Positions 1 through 10,484 of a stretch of DNA of 64,000 nucleotides are shown in pieces. A program made the translations under genes and the position numbers. Each line of letters begins with the position of its first letter. Positions within the stretch are counted from its first letter, which is position 1. Below the pieces are notes generated by a model. That model searched no databases. It had not been told where the DNA came from and saw only the letters and a program-made list of their open reading frames with translations. Source of the DNA: Bdellovibrio sp. (lineage in GTDB: Bacteria > Bdellovibrionota > UBA1018); the NCBI GenBank assembly GCA_016185105.1, contig JACPOE010000015.1, positions 7,492-71,491 on the forward strand. The letters are read 5' to 3'.

Positions 1-641
1 GAAACTTCGCCATCGAAGTCTTTAAGATTCAAACTTCTAAAAACAATGTTTCCTTTTTTGCGAACCTTCTCAGCCTGGACTAAAAGTCTTTCTGAAAACT
101 TGGCTCCCTCGGAAACAACATACGCATACAGGTCTTTGGATTTGGTGAGACCCCATTTCTCAAAAAGAGTCGCATAATAGGGAGGATTGTAGGTCATCAT
201 CACAGAGGGGGGATCATCAAATCCCTCCACCAACAGACCACACTCATGATTGGTGCTGGGGTTCATTGGCCCGCGAACTGTCTCCATTCCATTTTTTTTC
301 GCCCACCCAGCAAGGTCATCCAATAGCGCATTGGCCACATTCTGATCGTTGGTCGACTCATAAAATCCAAAAAATGCGACTTTTTCAGAATGAAACTGGT
401 TGTGGTTGTCATCAATCACACCGACAGCGCGACCGACTAACCGTCCGTCTTGATAGGCTAGAATGGGGCGCATCTTCGCATGTTTAAAAAACGGATTCTT
501 TTTAACATCAAGGGTGTCTCTCACCGCAATTCGCAGTGGAGGAACCCAGTTCGGATACCCCTTGTAGATCTGCCATGGAAGGTCAATAAAGGAGGTCCAA
601 TCTGACTTAGTCTGAACCTCTTGAATCCGAATTTTTGACAT
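1..641 (-). CDS. GNAT-like acyl-CoA N-acyltransferase family protein; N-terminal ~213 codons only, as the gene runs off the window start
   Basis: Absent from the ORF track because no stop lies in the window. My reverse-strand translation from the ATG (complement of 639-641) stays open to base 1: MSKIRIQEVQTKSDWTSFIDLPWQIYKGYPNWVPPLRIAVRDTLDVKKNPFFKHAKMRPILAYQDGRLVGRAVGVIDDNHNQFHSEKVAFFGFYES... It starts 29 nt downstream of the alpha-oxoamine synthase stop on the same strand. The family call rests on my memory of the LPW..Y...PNWVPPL N-terminus in uncharacterised N-acyltransferase-fold proteins. Confidence 0.55.
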   Translation of the reverse strand, partial: MSKIRIQEVQTKSDWTSFIDLPWQIYKGYPNWVPPLRIAVRDTLDVKKNPFFKHAKMRPILAYQDGRLVGRAVGVIDDNHNQFHSEKVAFFGFYESTNDQNVANALLDDLAGWAKKNGMETVRGPMNPSTNHECGLLVEGFDDPPSVMMTYNPPYYATLFEKWGLTKSKDLYAYVVSEGAKFSERLLVQAEKVRKKGNIVFRSLNLKDFDGEV

Positions 642-670
642 CTCGCCGCCCCTTTTTTGCCAGGGATCTA

Positions 671-1915
671 CTATACCCCAAAGTGTTGTTGCGCCAGTGA
701 TGCTAGCTCGCTTTGTTTACTCCCGCAACCGATGATTCCAAACTCGCGACCTAGTTTGTCCAAAATTTCCAACACATAGTCCAAATCCTCATCGGTATGA
801 GACGCCATGTAGCTGGTTCGAATTAGAGCACACCCTTCGGGGACAGCAGGACGAACTACAGGGGTAGCGAAAACGCCATTTTCGTAAAGCTTCTGAGTGA
901 ACTGAAACGCAGCATAGTCATCACCAATGAGAAGCGGAATAATCGGAGTTTGGCTATTCAAGGTATTGAAGCCTAAACCCTCAATTTCAGTTTTCATCTT
1001 GGCTGCATTGCGACGCAAGTTCATCAAGTGCTGGGGTTCCGACTCAACAATCTTCAAACACTCTAGCACTGCTGCTACAGCAGCCGGAGGCATAGCTGCA
1101 CTAAAGATGAATGGCCGCGCAACATGCTTCATGTAATGAATCACTTCTTCTTTTGCGGCCACAAAGCCACCGATAGAAGCAAAGGATTTTGAAAAAGTTC
1201 CTACGACTACATCGACATCATTTTGAATTCCAAAGTGATGACCGGTTCCTTCACCATGGGGCCCTAAAACACCCACCGCATGGGCATCATCGATGAACAG
1301 CCGGCACTCATAGGCCTTGGCCAATTCAGCAGCTCGCTCAACATCAAAAATATCTCCGGACATCGAAAATACGCCGTCAGCGATAATCACCGCTCCATCG
1401 TATTTTTTTCGCGTGTTTGCTAAGACTCGTTCCAGATCCACCATATCGTTATGTTTGAACTTAATGGTGTCGCCCAACGCAACTTGGGTGCCTTCAATAA
1501 TCGATGCGTGATTCTCGCGGTCGCTGTAGATCACGTCGTTTCTGCTAACCAAAGAGGACAAGGTGCCCTGATTTGCGAGAAAGCCGGTCGCGTATACTAG
1601 GCAGCTTTCCTTGCCAAGGAATTTTGCAAGACGGGCCTCTAGCTCTTCATGAAGTACAAGATTTCCGTTCAGGAACCTGGATCCGGTACATCCAGTACCA
1701 AACCTTTCAATCGCTTTTTTCGCCGCTTCTTGGACCCGAGGGTGATGGGTCAAACCTAGATAGTTATTAGATCCGATCATAACGCGCCGCTTACCCTGTG
1801 TAACCACACTGGATCCGGAGGTGGACTCAATCGCCCGAAAATAGGGATAAACTCCGGCAGCTTGCACTTGTTTCGCGCGATCGTACTTTCGACATTTTTC
1901 AAAAAGATCCATCAT
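671..1915 (-). CDS. PLP-dependent alpha-oxoamine synthase, serine palmitoyltransferase-like (Kbl/BioF-type not excluded)
   Basis: 414 aa ORF with family motifs GSNNYLGLT, GTGCTGSRFLNGN, DRENHASIIEG, ADGVFSMSGD, DDAHAVGVLGP, the PLP-lysine box GTFSKSFASIGGFV, and ARPFIFSAAMPP. The YPYFR N-terminus and the GTFSKS..GGFV box resemble bacterial Spt more than E. coli Kbl (GTLGKALGG). Confidence 0.9.
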   Translation of the reverse strand: MMDLFEKCRKYDRAKQVQAAGVYPYFRAIESTSGSSVVTQGKRRVMIGSNNYLGLTHHPRVQEAAKKAIERFGTGCTGSRFLNGNLVLHEELEARLAKFLGKESCLVYATGFLANQGTLSSLVSRNDVIYSDRENHASIIEGTQVALGDTIKFKHNDMVDLERVLANTRKKYDGAVIIADGVFSMSGDIFDVERAAELAKAYECRLFIDDAHAVGVLGPHGEGTGHHFGIQNDVDVVVGTFSKSFASIGGFVAAKEEVIHYMKHVARPFIFSAAMPPAAVAAVLECLKIVESEPQHLMNLRRNAAKMKTEIEGLGFNTLNSQTPIIPLLIGDDYAAFQFTQKLYENGVFATPVVRPAVPEGCALIRTSYMASHTDEDLDYVLEILDKLGREFGIIGCGSKQSELASLAQQHFGV

Positions 1916-2194
1916 ACCCTTATTCCATGCTCCTCTAGTCGGGAAAAACCTACTGTTACCATCAGCTTATCTGAAGGTCAACCCTAAGCCCCAATAGTGG
2001 AGTATTTTAATACCATATCAGCACCCACTTACGCAGCATTTTTTACTAAAGATTATATAAAATCTTCCGATAAGAGTGTTAGAAGCGAAATAGTCTACGC
2101 AGTTTGTTGGACTTTAGTCATGTTTTCATTAGGTTATCTTTAAATCGCTTCTTTTGTTATTAGGGCACCTTCTCGGCAGGAAGGGTTCGCTACT

Positions 2195-2680
2195 GTGCTC
2201 GTTTCACGAGTTACGACCGCTTTGGTCAAGTTTCTAGCACCAGTGTCAAGTGCGACAGACGCAGCTGTTACCTTTGAAAAATCGACTACCCAGGATCCCA
2301 AAGGAGCGAAAGCGTCGTCTAATAAGACAAAACCGGCTAAAAACGGGGAAAAAAAACAGGACCAGAAGAAGCAAGAAGGACAGAGTGACCCGAACAAACC
2401 CAAATCTCCCAAGCTCGTTCTAAGACTAGTCCATACTCCACCAAAACCCCCTACCGAAGCCGCGACGGTCGAGGAATTTCTAAGTCTTCCTACCGAAACT
2501 CAAGGAGACCCTTTAGAGACAGCTGAATCCTCACGTTTTATTCACCTGTTTTCCCACTTTCAAAAACAGAAGAGCCAGCTAAATCAAAAAATTGGCCTTG
2601 CGTCGTATCAGGCAGCGTTAGGCCAAAAAAGTGCAGGTATGTTCAAGAAGGGCTCTATTCTAGATACTTACGCAGACTGA
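2195..2680 (+). CDS. hypothetical Lys/Pro-rich protein
   Basis: 161 aa ORF with a GTG start and no recognisable motif. It has a low-complexity K/P/Q-rich centre (KGAKASSNKTKPAKNGEKKQDQKKQEGQSDPNKPKSPK). It fills an otherwise non-coding gap and is divergent from the Spt-like gene. Confidence 0.35.
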   Translation: MLVSRVTTALVKFLAPVSSATDAAVTFEKSTTQDPKGAKASSNKTKPAKNGEKKQDQKKQEGQSDPNKPKSPKLVLRLVHTPPKPPTEAATVEEFLSLPTETQGDPLETAESSRFIHLFSHFQKQKSQLNQKIGLASYQAALGQKSAGMFKKGSILDTYAD

Positions 2681-2685
2681 GGCGA

Positions 2686-3054
2686 CTAACCAAAAGACCC
2701 CTTCAAGTCTCCACCCCCAAGGATATGAAGATGAAGGTGAAAGACTGTCTGTCCACCTTGCTTCTCCACATTCACTACGGTTCGGAACCCCCCCGGAAGA
2801 AGCTTCTGTTCGTGAGCAATTCGGGTAGCTATAGAAAAAAGTTTTTCAATAACATTTCCTCCCTGGTCTTTTCCTCCCTGCGGGTAGGCCGAGGCCAGAG
2901 ATCGAATGTGATCTTTAGGTATTAGCAAAAGATGAGTGGGCGCTTGCGGATGAAGATCCCGGATACAAATAAAATGCTCATCCTGATAGACGGGCTGAAC
3001 CGGAATATCTCCCCTGATCATTTTGCAAAAAAGGCAATCAGCTTCGCTCTTCAT
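2686..3054 (-). CDS. HIT (histidine triad) family nucleotide hydrolase
   Basis: 122 aa with the histidine triad HLHLHILGG near the C-terminus and an N-terminal CLFCKMIRGDIP motif typical of Hint-like proteins. Confidence 0.9.
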   Translation of the reverse strand: MKSEADCLFCKMIRGDIPVQPVYQDEHFICIRDLHPQAPTHLLLIPKDHIRSLASAYPQGGKDQGGNVIEKLFSIATRIAHEQKLLPGGFRTVVNVEKQGGQTVFHLHLHILGGGDLKGSFG

Positions 3055-3068
3055 TTTTCCTCCGAAAA

Positions 3069-4325
3069 CTAACGAACTCGCTCAATACTCCCACCCAGCT
3101 GCTGGATTTTTTCTTCGACTCGCTCGTAGCCTCGATCGAGGTGGTAGATGCGATCGATCACGGTCTCACCTTGAGCGCAGAGACCGGCGATAATCAAGCT
3201 AGCGCTCGCCCGAAGGTCAGTAGCCATAATGGGGGCTCCCCGTAGACTTTTTTGGCCTTTGACAATGGCGGTATTGCCTCGAATCGCAATATCTGCCCCT
3301 AAGCGAGCCAACTCCGAAACATGCATAAACCGGTTTTCAAAGATGGTCTCACTAATCAAAGACGCTCCCTCTGCCACAGCCATCACAGCCATAAACTGCG
3401 CCTGCATATCAGTCGGAAAGCCAGGGTAAGGCTGAGTCGTCATATCAACAGCCTTGGGTCTGCCAAGACTCTGCAATCCAATAAATCCATCACCGCGCGT
3501 GATTTTTGCGCCCGCTTCTTCAAACTTTACCAATAGGGACTCGATGTAATCCGGATTTAGGCCATCAACTCGAACATTTCCGCCCGAGGCAAACCCGGCC
3601 GCTAAGAAGGTTCCAGCCTCAATTCGGTCACCCATAATTTCATGATCACACCCTACTAGCGAGGTCTTCCCCTGCACATGGATGGTCTCAGTCCCCTCCC
3701 CCTCAATTTGCGCTCCCATAGCTTTCAGCGTTTTGGCCAAATCCACAACTTCGGGTTCCTTGGCGCAGTTTTCCAAGATGGTCTCACCCTCGGCCAGAAC
3801 ACTGGCCATCAAAAGATTTTCAGTGGCCCCTACGCTTGGAAATTCAAATGCGACTCGATTACCCCTCAGGCGCTTTGCCGATGCAATGACATAGCCACCT
3901 TCTAACTGGATTTCAGCTCCAAGCTTTTCAAGCCCCGCCAAATGAAAACCGATCGGTCTCGCACCAATCGCACAGCCTCCTGGCAGACTGACTTTGGCTC
4001 GTCCAAATCGCGCCAAAAGCGGCCCCAATACCACCACTGAGGCTCTCATTGTTTTTACCAAATCATAGGGAGCGTCCAGAGTATGAATGTGATCTGCGTG
4101 TAGCTCCACCTGGTTTTGGTCTAGATGGGCATTGACCGAAACACCTAGGTGACCCAGAAGTTTCAGAGTGGTCCTAATATCTTGAAGCCTCGGCACCCTT
4201 GAAAATCGGCACGGGCCATCTGCCAAAAGAGAAGAGATTAAAATAGGAAGAGCAGCGTTCTTGGCACCACTCACTTCAACTTTTCCATTCAGAGGTTTTC
4301 CCCCGATGATTTTGATTTTATCCAT
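3069..4325 (-). CDS. murA: UDP-N-acetylglucosamine 1-carboxyvinyltransferase
   Basis: 418 aa. N-terminus MDKIKIIGGKPLNGKVEVSGAKNAALPIL, active-site Cys loop SLPGGCAIGARPIGFH, and C-terminus IYHLDRGYERVEEKIQQLGG. Confidence 0.95.
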   Translation of the reverse strand: MDKIKIIGGKPLNGKVEVSGAKNAALPILISSLLADGPCRFSRVPRLQDIRTTLKLLGHLGVSVNAHLDQNQVELHADHIHTLDAPYDLVKTMRASVVVLGPLLARFGRAKVSLPGGCAIGARPIGFHLAGLEKLGAEIQLEGGYVIASAKRLRGNRVAFEFPSVGATENLLMASVLAEGETILENCAKEPEVVDLAKTLKAMGAQIEGEGTETIHVQGKTSLVGCDHEIMGDRIEAGTFLAAGFASGGNVRVDGLNPDYIESLLVKFEEAGAKITRGDGFIGLQSLGRPKAVDMTTQPYPGFPTDMQAQFMAVMAVAEGASLISETIFENRFMHVSELARLGADIAIRGNTAIVKGQKSLRGAPIMATDLRASASLIIAGLCAQGETVIDRIYHLDRGYERVEEKIQQLGGSIERVR

Positions 4326-4418
4326 AATTTTCTAATAACAGCATTTTATGAACTTTGTGTGAAGGGTTAATGTATTCGATGTGCAAACCTTCTCATGACT
4401 TTCCTTGAGAGCTTCCAC

Positions 4419-5288
4419 CTAACGACAAATCAAGACGCGTGGCCTTCCACTCAAATCCGGCCTGAGTTCAGTTTTCCAGCCTTTTAACTGAAAGAAGCTA
4501 ACAATTTCCTCGGAGCGTTCATGAGGAACTTCCAAGAAAAGCCTTCCTTCTGGACCCAAGAGACGCCTCGAGTCGCAGGCCAGTTTTTCATAGAAATGAG
4601 AAGGGTTTCCATTTTCTGGAAAAAGAGCCCCAGAAGGTTCGTAATCTAGAACCTGCTTCTCCACCTCCTGTGAAGATTTTTTTAAATAAGGAGGATTGCT
4701 CAAAATAAAGTCGAATTGTGGAACTGCGCTCGACAAGACTCCCTCTAGGACCTCATTAGGATCCAAAACTCGGATAATATCCAAACTTGCTGGATAACCC
4801 TTTCCTAAAATAACTTCTGCGTTCTCTCTCGCCACTCTTATCGCGTTTTCAGAAACCTCAGTGGCGAGCATATTCAAACCTGGAAAGTGACTCAAAAGTT
4901 CAATCGAAAGAATTCCACTTCCAAGACCGACTTCAAGACCTCGCATCGGTTTCGATCTTTCCTCGAAAGCTTCCAAAACTTCGCGCAGCAAAATTTCAGT
5001 TTCGGGTCGGGGGATCAAAACAGCTGAACTGACCTTGTATTCATGTTCCCCGAAGAACTGGACTCCAGTGAGATGCTGTAACGGAATCCCTTGGGACCGC
5101 TTCAACGCTAGATTTCTAACAGCCTGAACATCGGAATTTGAAATTTCCCGATTCGATTCAGAAAGAAGGTGAAACCGAGAAAGCCTCAAGTTTTCTTGCC
5201 CTTGATTTAAAATATGGATCAATAAAAGCTCTGCTTCATTCTGTGGAATAGACTGCTGAAGCTCGACAAGACAGTCCCGGACCTTCAC
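4419..5288 (-). CDS. prmC: release-factor glutamine N5-methyltransferase
   Basis: 289 aa with the SAM-binding motif LEVGLGSGILS and the NPPY motif (ILSNPPYL). It overlaps the prfA stop by 4 nt, the classic prfA-prmC arrangement. Confidence 0.9.
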   Translation of the reverse strand: MKVRDCLVELQQSIPQNEAELLLIHILNQGQENLRLSRFHLLSESNREISNSDVQAVRNLALKRSQGIPLQHLTGVQFFGEHEYKVSSAVLIPRPETEILLREVLEAFEERSKPMRGLEVGLGSGILSIELLSHFPGLNMLATEVSENAIRVARENAEVILGKGYPASLDIIRVLDPNEVLEGVLSSAVPQFDFILSNPPYLKKSSQEVEKQVLDYEPSGALFPENGNPSHFYEKLACDSRRLLGPEGRLFLEVPHERSEEIVSFFQLKGWKTELRPDLSGRPRVLICR

Positions 5289-6361
5289 TGAGTCCCCAGA
5301 CCCTGTGCTTTGAGCGCCTCCATCTGATAGTGGGCCACCAACGCATTCAGGATTTCGTCAATTTTTCCTTCCATCACCTCAGGCAATTGGTAAAGAGTTA
5401 GCCCAATCCGATGATCGGTCAACCTTCCCTGTGGAAAATTATAGGTTCTGATTCGTTCGCTGCGATCCCCTGTCCCCACCATGCTTCGCCGCGCATCAGA
5501 ATGGGACTTAGCGGCCCTTTCCTGCTCAGCATCCAAAAGACGAGAGCGTAAGATTTTCATCGCCTTATCTTTATTTTTAAGCTGTGATCTTTCATCCTGA
5601 CAAACCACTACTAAACCAGAGGGAATGTGAGTAATTCGTACAGCTGAATCTGTTGTGTTCACACCCTGGCCACCGGCTCCGCCAGAACGAAAAACATCAA
5701 TTCTTAGATCTGTAGGGTTAATGGTAACATCGACCTCTTCAGCTTCAGGCAAGACTGCTACAGTCACCGTGGACGTATGAATTCTTCCTTGGGCTTCCGT
5801 AGCCGGCACTCTTTGGACGCGGTGAACACCCGCTTCCCATTTCAGTCGACTAAAAACACGAGTTCCCTGAATTTCACAGATGATTTCCTTAAACCCACCC
5901 AGACCTGTGGGACTCGCAGACAGGAGATCAACACGCCAGCCCTGCCTCTCTGCATACCTCTGGTACAAGCGGAAAAGCTCACCCACGAAAAGTGCTGCCT
6001 CATCTCCCCCTGCTCCAGCGCGAACTTCAAAAAGAATATTCTTTTCATCATTGGGGTCTTTTGGAAGAAGAAGGATTCTTAGCTTTTGAATACTATTTTC
6101 TAATTCAGGCTCAAGTGTCCGCAGCTCTTCCTTGGCCATAGCGGCGATCTCAGCGTCGGATTCCCGCAGAAGTTCACGATTGGACTCTATGTCTGAGCTG
6201 ATCTTTTTATAATTCTGATACTCAGCAACAATTTCCTGAAGTCCAGCATGCTCTTGAGAGAGTCTTCTGAAATCGCCAGGTTTACTTGCAATCTCTGGAT
6301 CGGCTAACCTGCTCTCGATTTCACTGAATCGGGCCACTACTGCATCTAGTTTGTCAAACAT
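5285..6361 (-). CDS. prfA: peptide chain release factor 1
   Basis: 358 aa with the GGQ motif (RSGGAGGQGVNTTDSAVRITHIPSG) and the RF1-type PAT tripeptide (RVPATEAQGRIHTST). Confidence 0.95.
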   Translation of the reverse strand: MFDKLDAVVARFSEIESRLADPEIASKPGDFRRLSQEHAGLQEIVAEYQNYKKISSDIESNRELLRESDAEIAAMAKEELRTLEPELENSIQKLRILLLPKDPNDEKNILFEVRAGAGGDEAALFVGELFRLYQRYAERQGWRVDLLSASPTGLGGFKEIICEIQGTRVFSRLKWEAGVHRVQRVPATEAQGRIHTSTVTVAVLPEAEEVDVTINPTDLRIDVFRSGGAGGQGVNTTDSAVRITHIPSGLVVVCQDERSQLKNKDKAMKILRSRLLDAEQERAAKSHSDARRSMVGTGDRSERIRTYNFPQGRLTDHRIGLTLYQLPEVMEGKIDEILNALVAHYQMEALKAQGLGTQ

Positions 6362-6379
6362 GGGGATCTATTTTCCTGT

Positions 6380-7435
6380 TCAGGCTTCAGCGAAATCGCC
6401 TAGTCGAGCATCTACCTGTCCGAGCTCATTCAAACTGGCAATATCAGTTTCAGTCTGCTCGAAGGAATCGGAGGAACCAATATCCGAGCGGATCTTTTCC
6501 AAACGAAGCACCTGGGTAAGAGAGGCCAACGCTACTTCTAGCTGGTCATCCGAAGGTTCTCTCGTGGTCAGTTTTTGCAGAATCATTCCCGGCCAAATCA
6601 GCATCCGAAAAACAGGATTGCCCATGCGAAACGCACAGGCTTTAATGAACTCGTAAGCAAGGCCCGCAACTGGCAGCATCAGAACCACTTTAATCAACAC
6701 CATGAACAAGTGATTGAGGAATGGGTTCTTAGACAGGTCAGTCAGTTGAAGTAACGGAAAAAGAACACTGAAAACCAGGATACTGATCAGAACCAAGAAC
6801 AATAAAAAACTGGTTCCGCATCGGGGATGGAGCGTGGTGTACTTCTTTGCATTTTCAACGGTAAGCTCTTCACCGGCCTCAAATGTGTAAATCGATTTAT
6901 GTTCAGCCCCGTGGTACTGAAAAACCCGATGAATGTCTTTCATCATGGCAATCAAATACACATAGGCTAGCAGAATCGCCATTTTGATCGCACCGTCTAA
7001 TAGGTGGAAAATAGGACTCTGTGCAGTCACTCCAATGTAATTCGAGGTAATTACCGCCGTCAAAAAATGGGGAAGAGCTACAAAAAGTCCGGTCCCCAAC
7101 AAAAGTGCCATCGCGATTGAACCTGCAATCGCCCACCCCGATAAGGACTCTTCGCCCTCTGATTCTGACTCCGCCACCACGTTTGCGGCATAACTCAAAG
7201 CATCAATACCTTGAACCATGGACTCAATAAGAGTAGCGACCCCACGGAGGATCGGCTTCCGAATGAACGGGAACTTCTCACTCAACCCAAAATAAGGATT
7301 ACTGCGGATTACGATTTTATGATCCGCACGACGAACGGCGACCGCAATGAAATGCGGCGAACGCATCATCACTCCTTCAATAACTGCTTGCCCACCAATA
7401 CTTGTGAATTGCTGTTTTGAAGAAGCTTTGCTCAT
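6380..7435 (-). CDS. DUF1385-family membrane protein (often found beside prfA/prmC)
   Basis: 351 aa with GGQAVIEGVMMR near the N-terminus, YHGAEHK and HPRCGTSF motifs, and several hydrophobic segments. It lies in the usual rpmE-DUF1385-prfA-prmC neighbourhood. Confidence 0.8.
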   Translation of the reverse strand: MSKASSKQQFTSIGGQAVIEGVMMRSPHFIAVAVRRADHKIVIRSNPYFGLSEKFPFIRKPILRGVATLIESMVQGIDALSYAANVVAESESEGEESLSGWAIAGSIAMALLLGTGLFVALPHFLTAVITSNYIGVTAQSPIFHLLDGAIKMAILLAYVYLIAMMKDIHRVFQYHGAEHKSIYTFEAGEELTVENAKKYTTLHPRCGTSFLLFLVLISILVFSVLFPLLQLTDLSKNPFLNHLFMVLIKVVLMLPVAGLAYEFIKACAFRMGNPVFRMLIWPGMILQKLTTREPSDDQLEVALASLTQVLRLEKIRSDIGSSDSFEQTETDIASLNELGQVDARLGDFAEA

Positions 7436-7482
7436 CCCCTTTAGCCCTTTCGCTTGAGTGGTTTGTAAGGCGCGGGGAAAGA

Positions 7483-7683
7483 CTATTTCTTCTTGTACTT
7501 ATTCAAGAAGCGCTCAACTCGGCCTTCAGTATCCAGAAGCTTATGCTTTCCAGTAAAGAAAGGGTGGCAGTTCGAACAAATTTCGATCTTGATATTTTCT
7601 TTAGTCGCGCGAGTCTCGATAATATTGCCGCATGCGCAACTGACTGTAGTTTCTAAATACTGTGGGTGAATACCTTGTTTCAT
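7483..7683 (-). CDS. rpmE: 50S ribosomal protein L31 (Zn-ribbon form)
   Basis: 66 aa starting MKQGIHPQY, with Cys pairs CAC and [10 protein letters not shown]. Confidence 0.95.
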   Translation of the reverse strand: MKQGIHPQYLETTVSCACGNIIETRATKENIKIEICSNCHPFFTGKHKLLDTEGRVERFLNKYKKK

Positions 7684-7737
7684 AATGGGCCTCAGTTAAC
7701 AAATCCTAGCTTTTAGGTCAAATGAAAAGGGAGCAAA

Positions 7738-8985
<1,248 letters not shown>

Positions 8986-9410
8986 TCAGATTCCTCTACT
9001 TGCCTACGTTTCCCGACACTTAAATTTGGCACTCTTATCCCGCCAAAGTCCTGTTCCGTCAAATAGTTGTCATTGGAATACCAAGGAGGTGTCATGAAGG
9101 GAAAATAACGTCCATTTTGATTGAACCGCCCTCGGGCCACCTTCCAACACGGTGAAGTGTTCCAAGGAAACGGCGATTTTTTGAATTGATTCAGCGAGTA
9201 CCCATACGCTGTATGACCCGTGGGTAACAAACTCTTTCGGATGAGTAAAGAAAAAACATTTCAACCCACCCTTTAGCTAGGGCTAGCACAGAGAAACACC
9301 CCATTTTCCCCCAGCCTTTCAGCGGAAGGACTTTGTACCCACCTGTTTATGGCTTAGAATGATGAAATAGGTCATATTGAATACTAATTCAAAATCATGG
9401 GAAGCCAATC

Positions 9411-10484
9411 ATGGAACTTGGACACCGCTCAATGAACCGTCGATCCTGGAAGCTAGGATTGTCTCTCATTCTATTTGCCCTGATTGGAATCATCTTGAGC
9501 GCTAAGATGATTACGTTCGCTTTCTTTCCCTTACGATCCTCAGAGACCTCGTCGGTTGTGCTGGAAATTAGAAAAGGTACACTACCGAATGATATTACCC
9601 GGCAGTTCATTTTAAACAAAGTTATCGAGGACAGTCGCTCTTTCATTTTGTTGGGACGCCTTACCCGTCAGTGGAAAAACATTAAGGCGGGTGAATACCG
9701 ATTTTCCGCAGCCATGAGCCCAATGGATATTTTCAATGTACTTACTTCTGGAATCAGCATTGCGCATCCCATCACGGTTCGGGAAGGTGAAAATATTTAT
9801 GAAATTGCGGATGATATGGAAAAAAGCGGCCTAACGACAAAACGGGAATTTCTCGCCCTCTGCAAAAGTAAACGCTTTATTGCCACCTTTCCTTTATTTG
9901 CTGAAAGCCAACCCCCGACACTCGAAGGATTTCTCTTTCCTGACACCTACCACTTCAACCGCTCCCAGACCTTGGAAGAAATGGTTCGAACCATGGTGAG
10001 GACGTTCCATTCTCACTGGGGACCCCAAGAGGACAAAGACGCGGTAGCGTTAGGAATGAACTTGCACCAGGTGATTACCTTGGCCTCTATCATCGAGAAG
10101 GAAACAGGTGCAGCTCAAGAACGACCCGTGATTAGCGCCGTATTCCATAATCGGCTAAAAAAGGGGATGAAGCTTCAGAGCGATCCAACCACGATTTATG
10201 GCATTTGGGAAAATTACGATGGAAATATCCACAAAAGGGATCTTGCGTCTAAAAACAACTACAATACCTACACCATAAATGCCCTGCCGATTGGACCGAT
10301 CTCAAACCCCGGTAAGGAGTCCATCCAAGCGGCTTTGCACCCGGTAAATAGCCCCTATCTCTACTTCGTATCTCATAACGATGGCACGCATCAGTTTTCA
10401 ACAAACATTAACGATCACAACCAAGCTGTAAAAAAGTATCAATTAGACCCAAGAGCTCGTTCCGGAAAATCAGCGAGAAATTGA
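9411..10484 (+). CDS. mltG: endolytic murein transglycosylase MltG (YceG-like)
   Basis: 357 aa with an N-terminal TM helix and the YceG motifs GEYRF, LASIIEKE, EGFLFPDTY, LQSDPT, YNTY and PIGPISNPG. Confidence 0.9.
   Translation: MELGHRSMNRRSWKLGLSLILFALIGIILSAKMITFAFFPLRSSETSSVVLEIRKGTLPNDITRQFILNKVIEDSRSFILLGRLTRQWKNIKAGEYRFSAAMSPMDIFNVLTSGISIAHPITVREGENIYEIADDMEKSGLTTKREFLALCKSKRFIATFPLFAESQPPTLEGFLFPDTYHFNRSQTLEEMVRTMVRTFHSHWGPQEDKDAVALGMNLHQVITLASIIEKETGAAQERPVISAVFHNRLKKGMKLQSDPTTIYGIWENYDGNIHKRDLASKNNYNTYTINALPIGPISNPGKESIQAALHPVNSPYLYFVSHNDGTHQFSTNINDHNQAVKKYQLDPRARSGKSARN

Noticed and set aside
266-487. 73 aa plus-strand ORF from the track
   Set aside because: It lies antisense inside the uninterrupted minus-strand GNAT-like reading frame (641 to 1), which has a much more protein-like translation. 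It is a shadow ORF.
927-1770. Three plus-strand ORFs (927-1136, 1317-1511, 1573-1770)
   Set aside because: They are antisense shadows within the well-supported alpha-oxoamine synthase gene, with low-complexity translations and no motifs.
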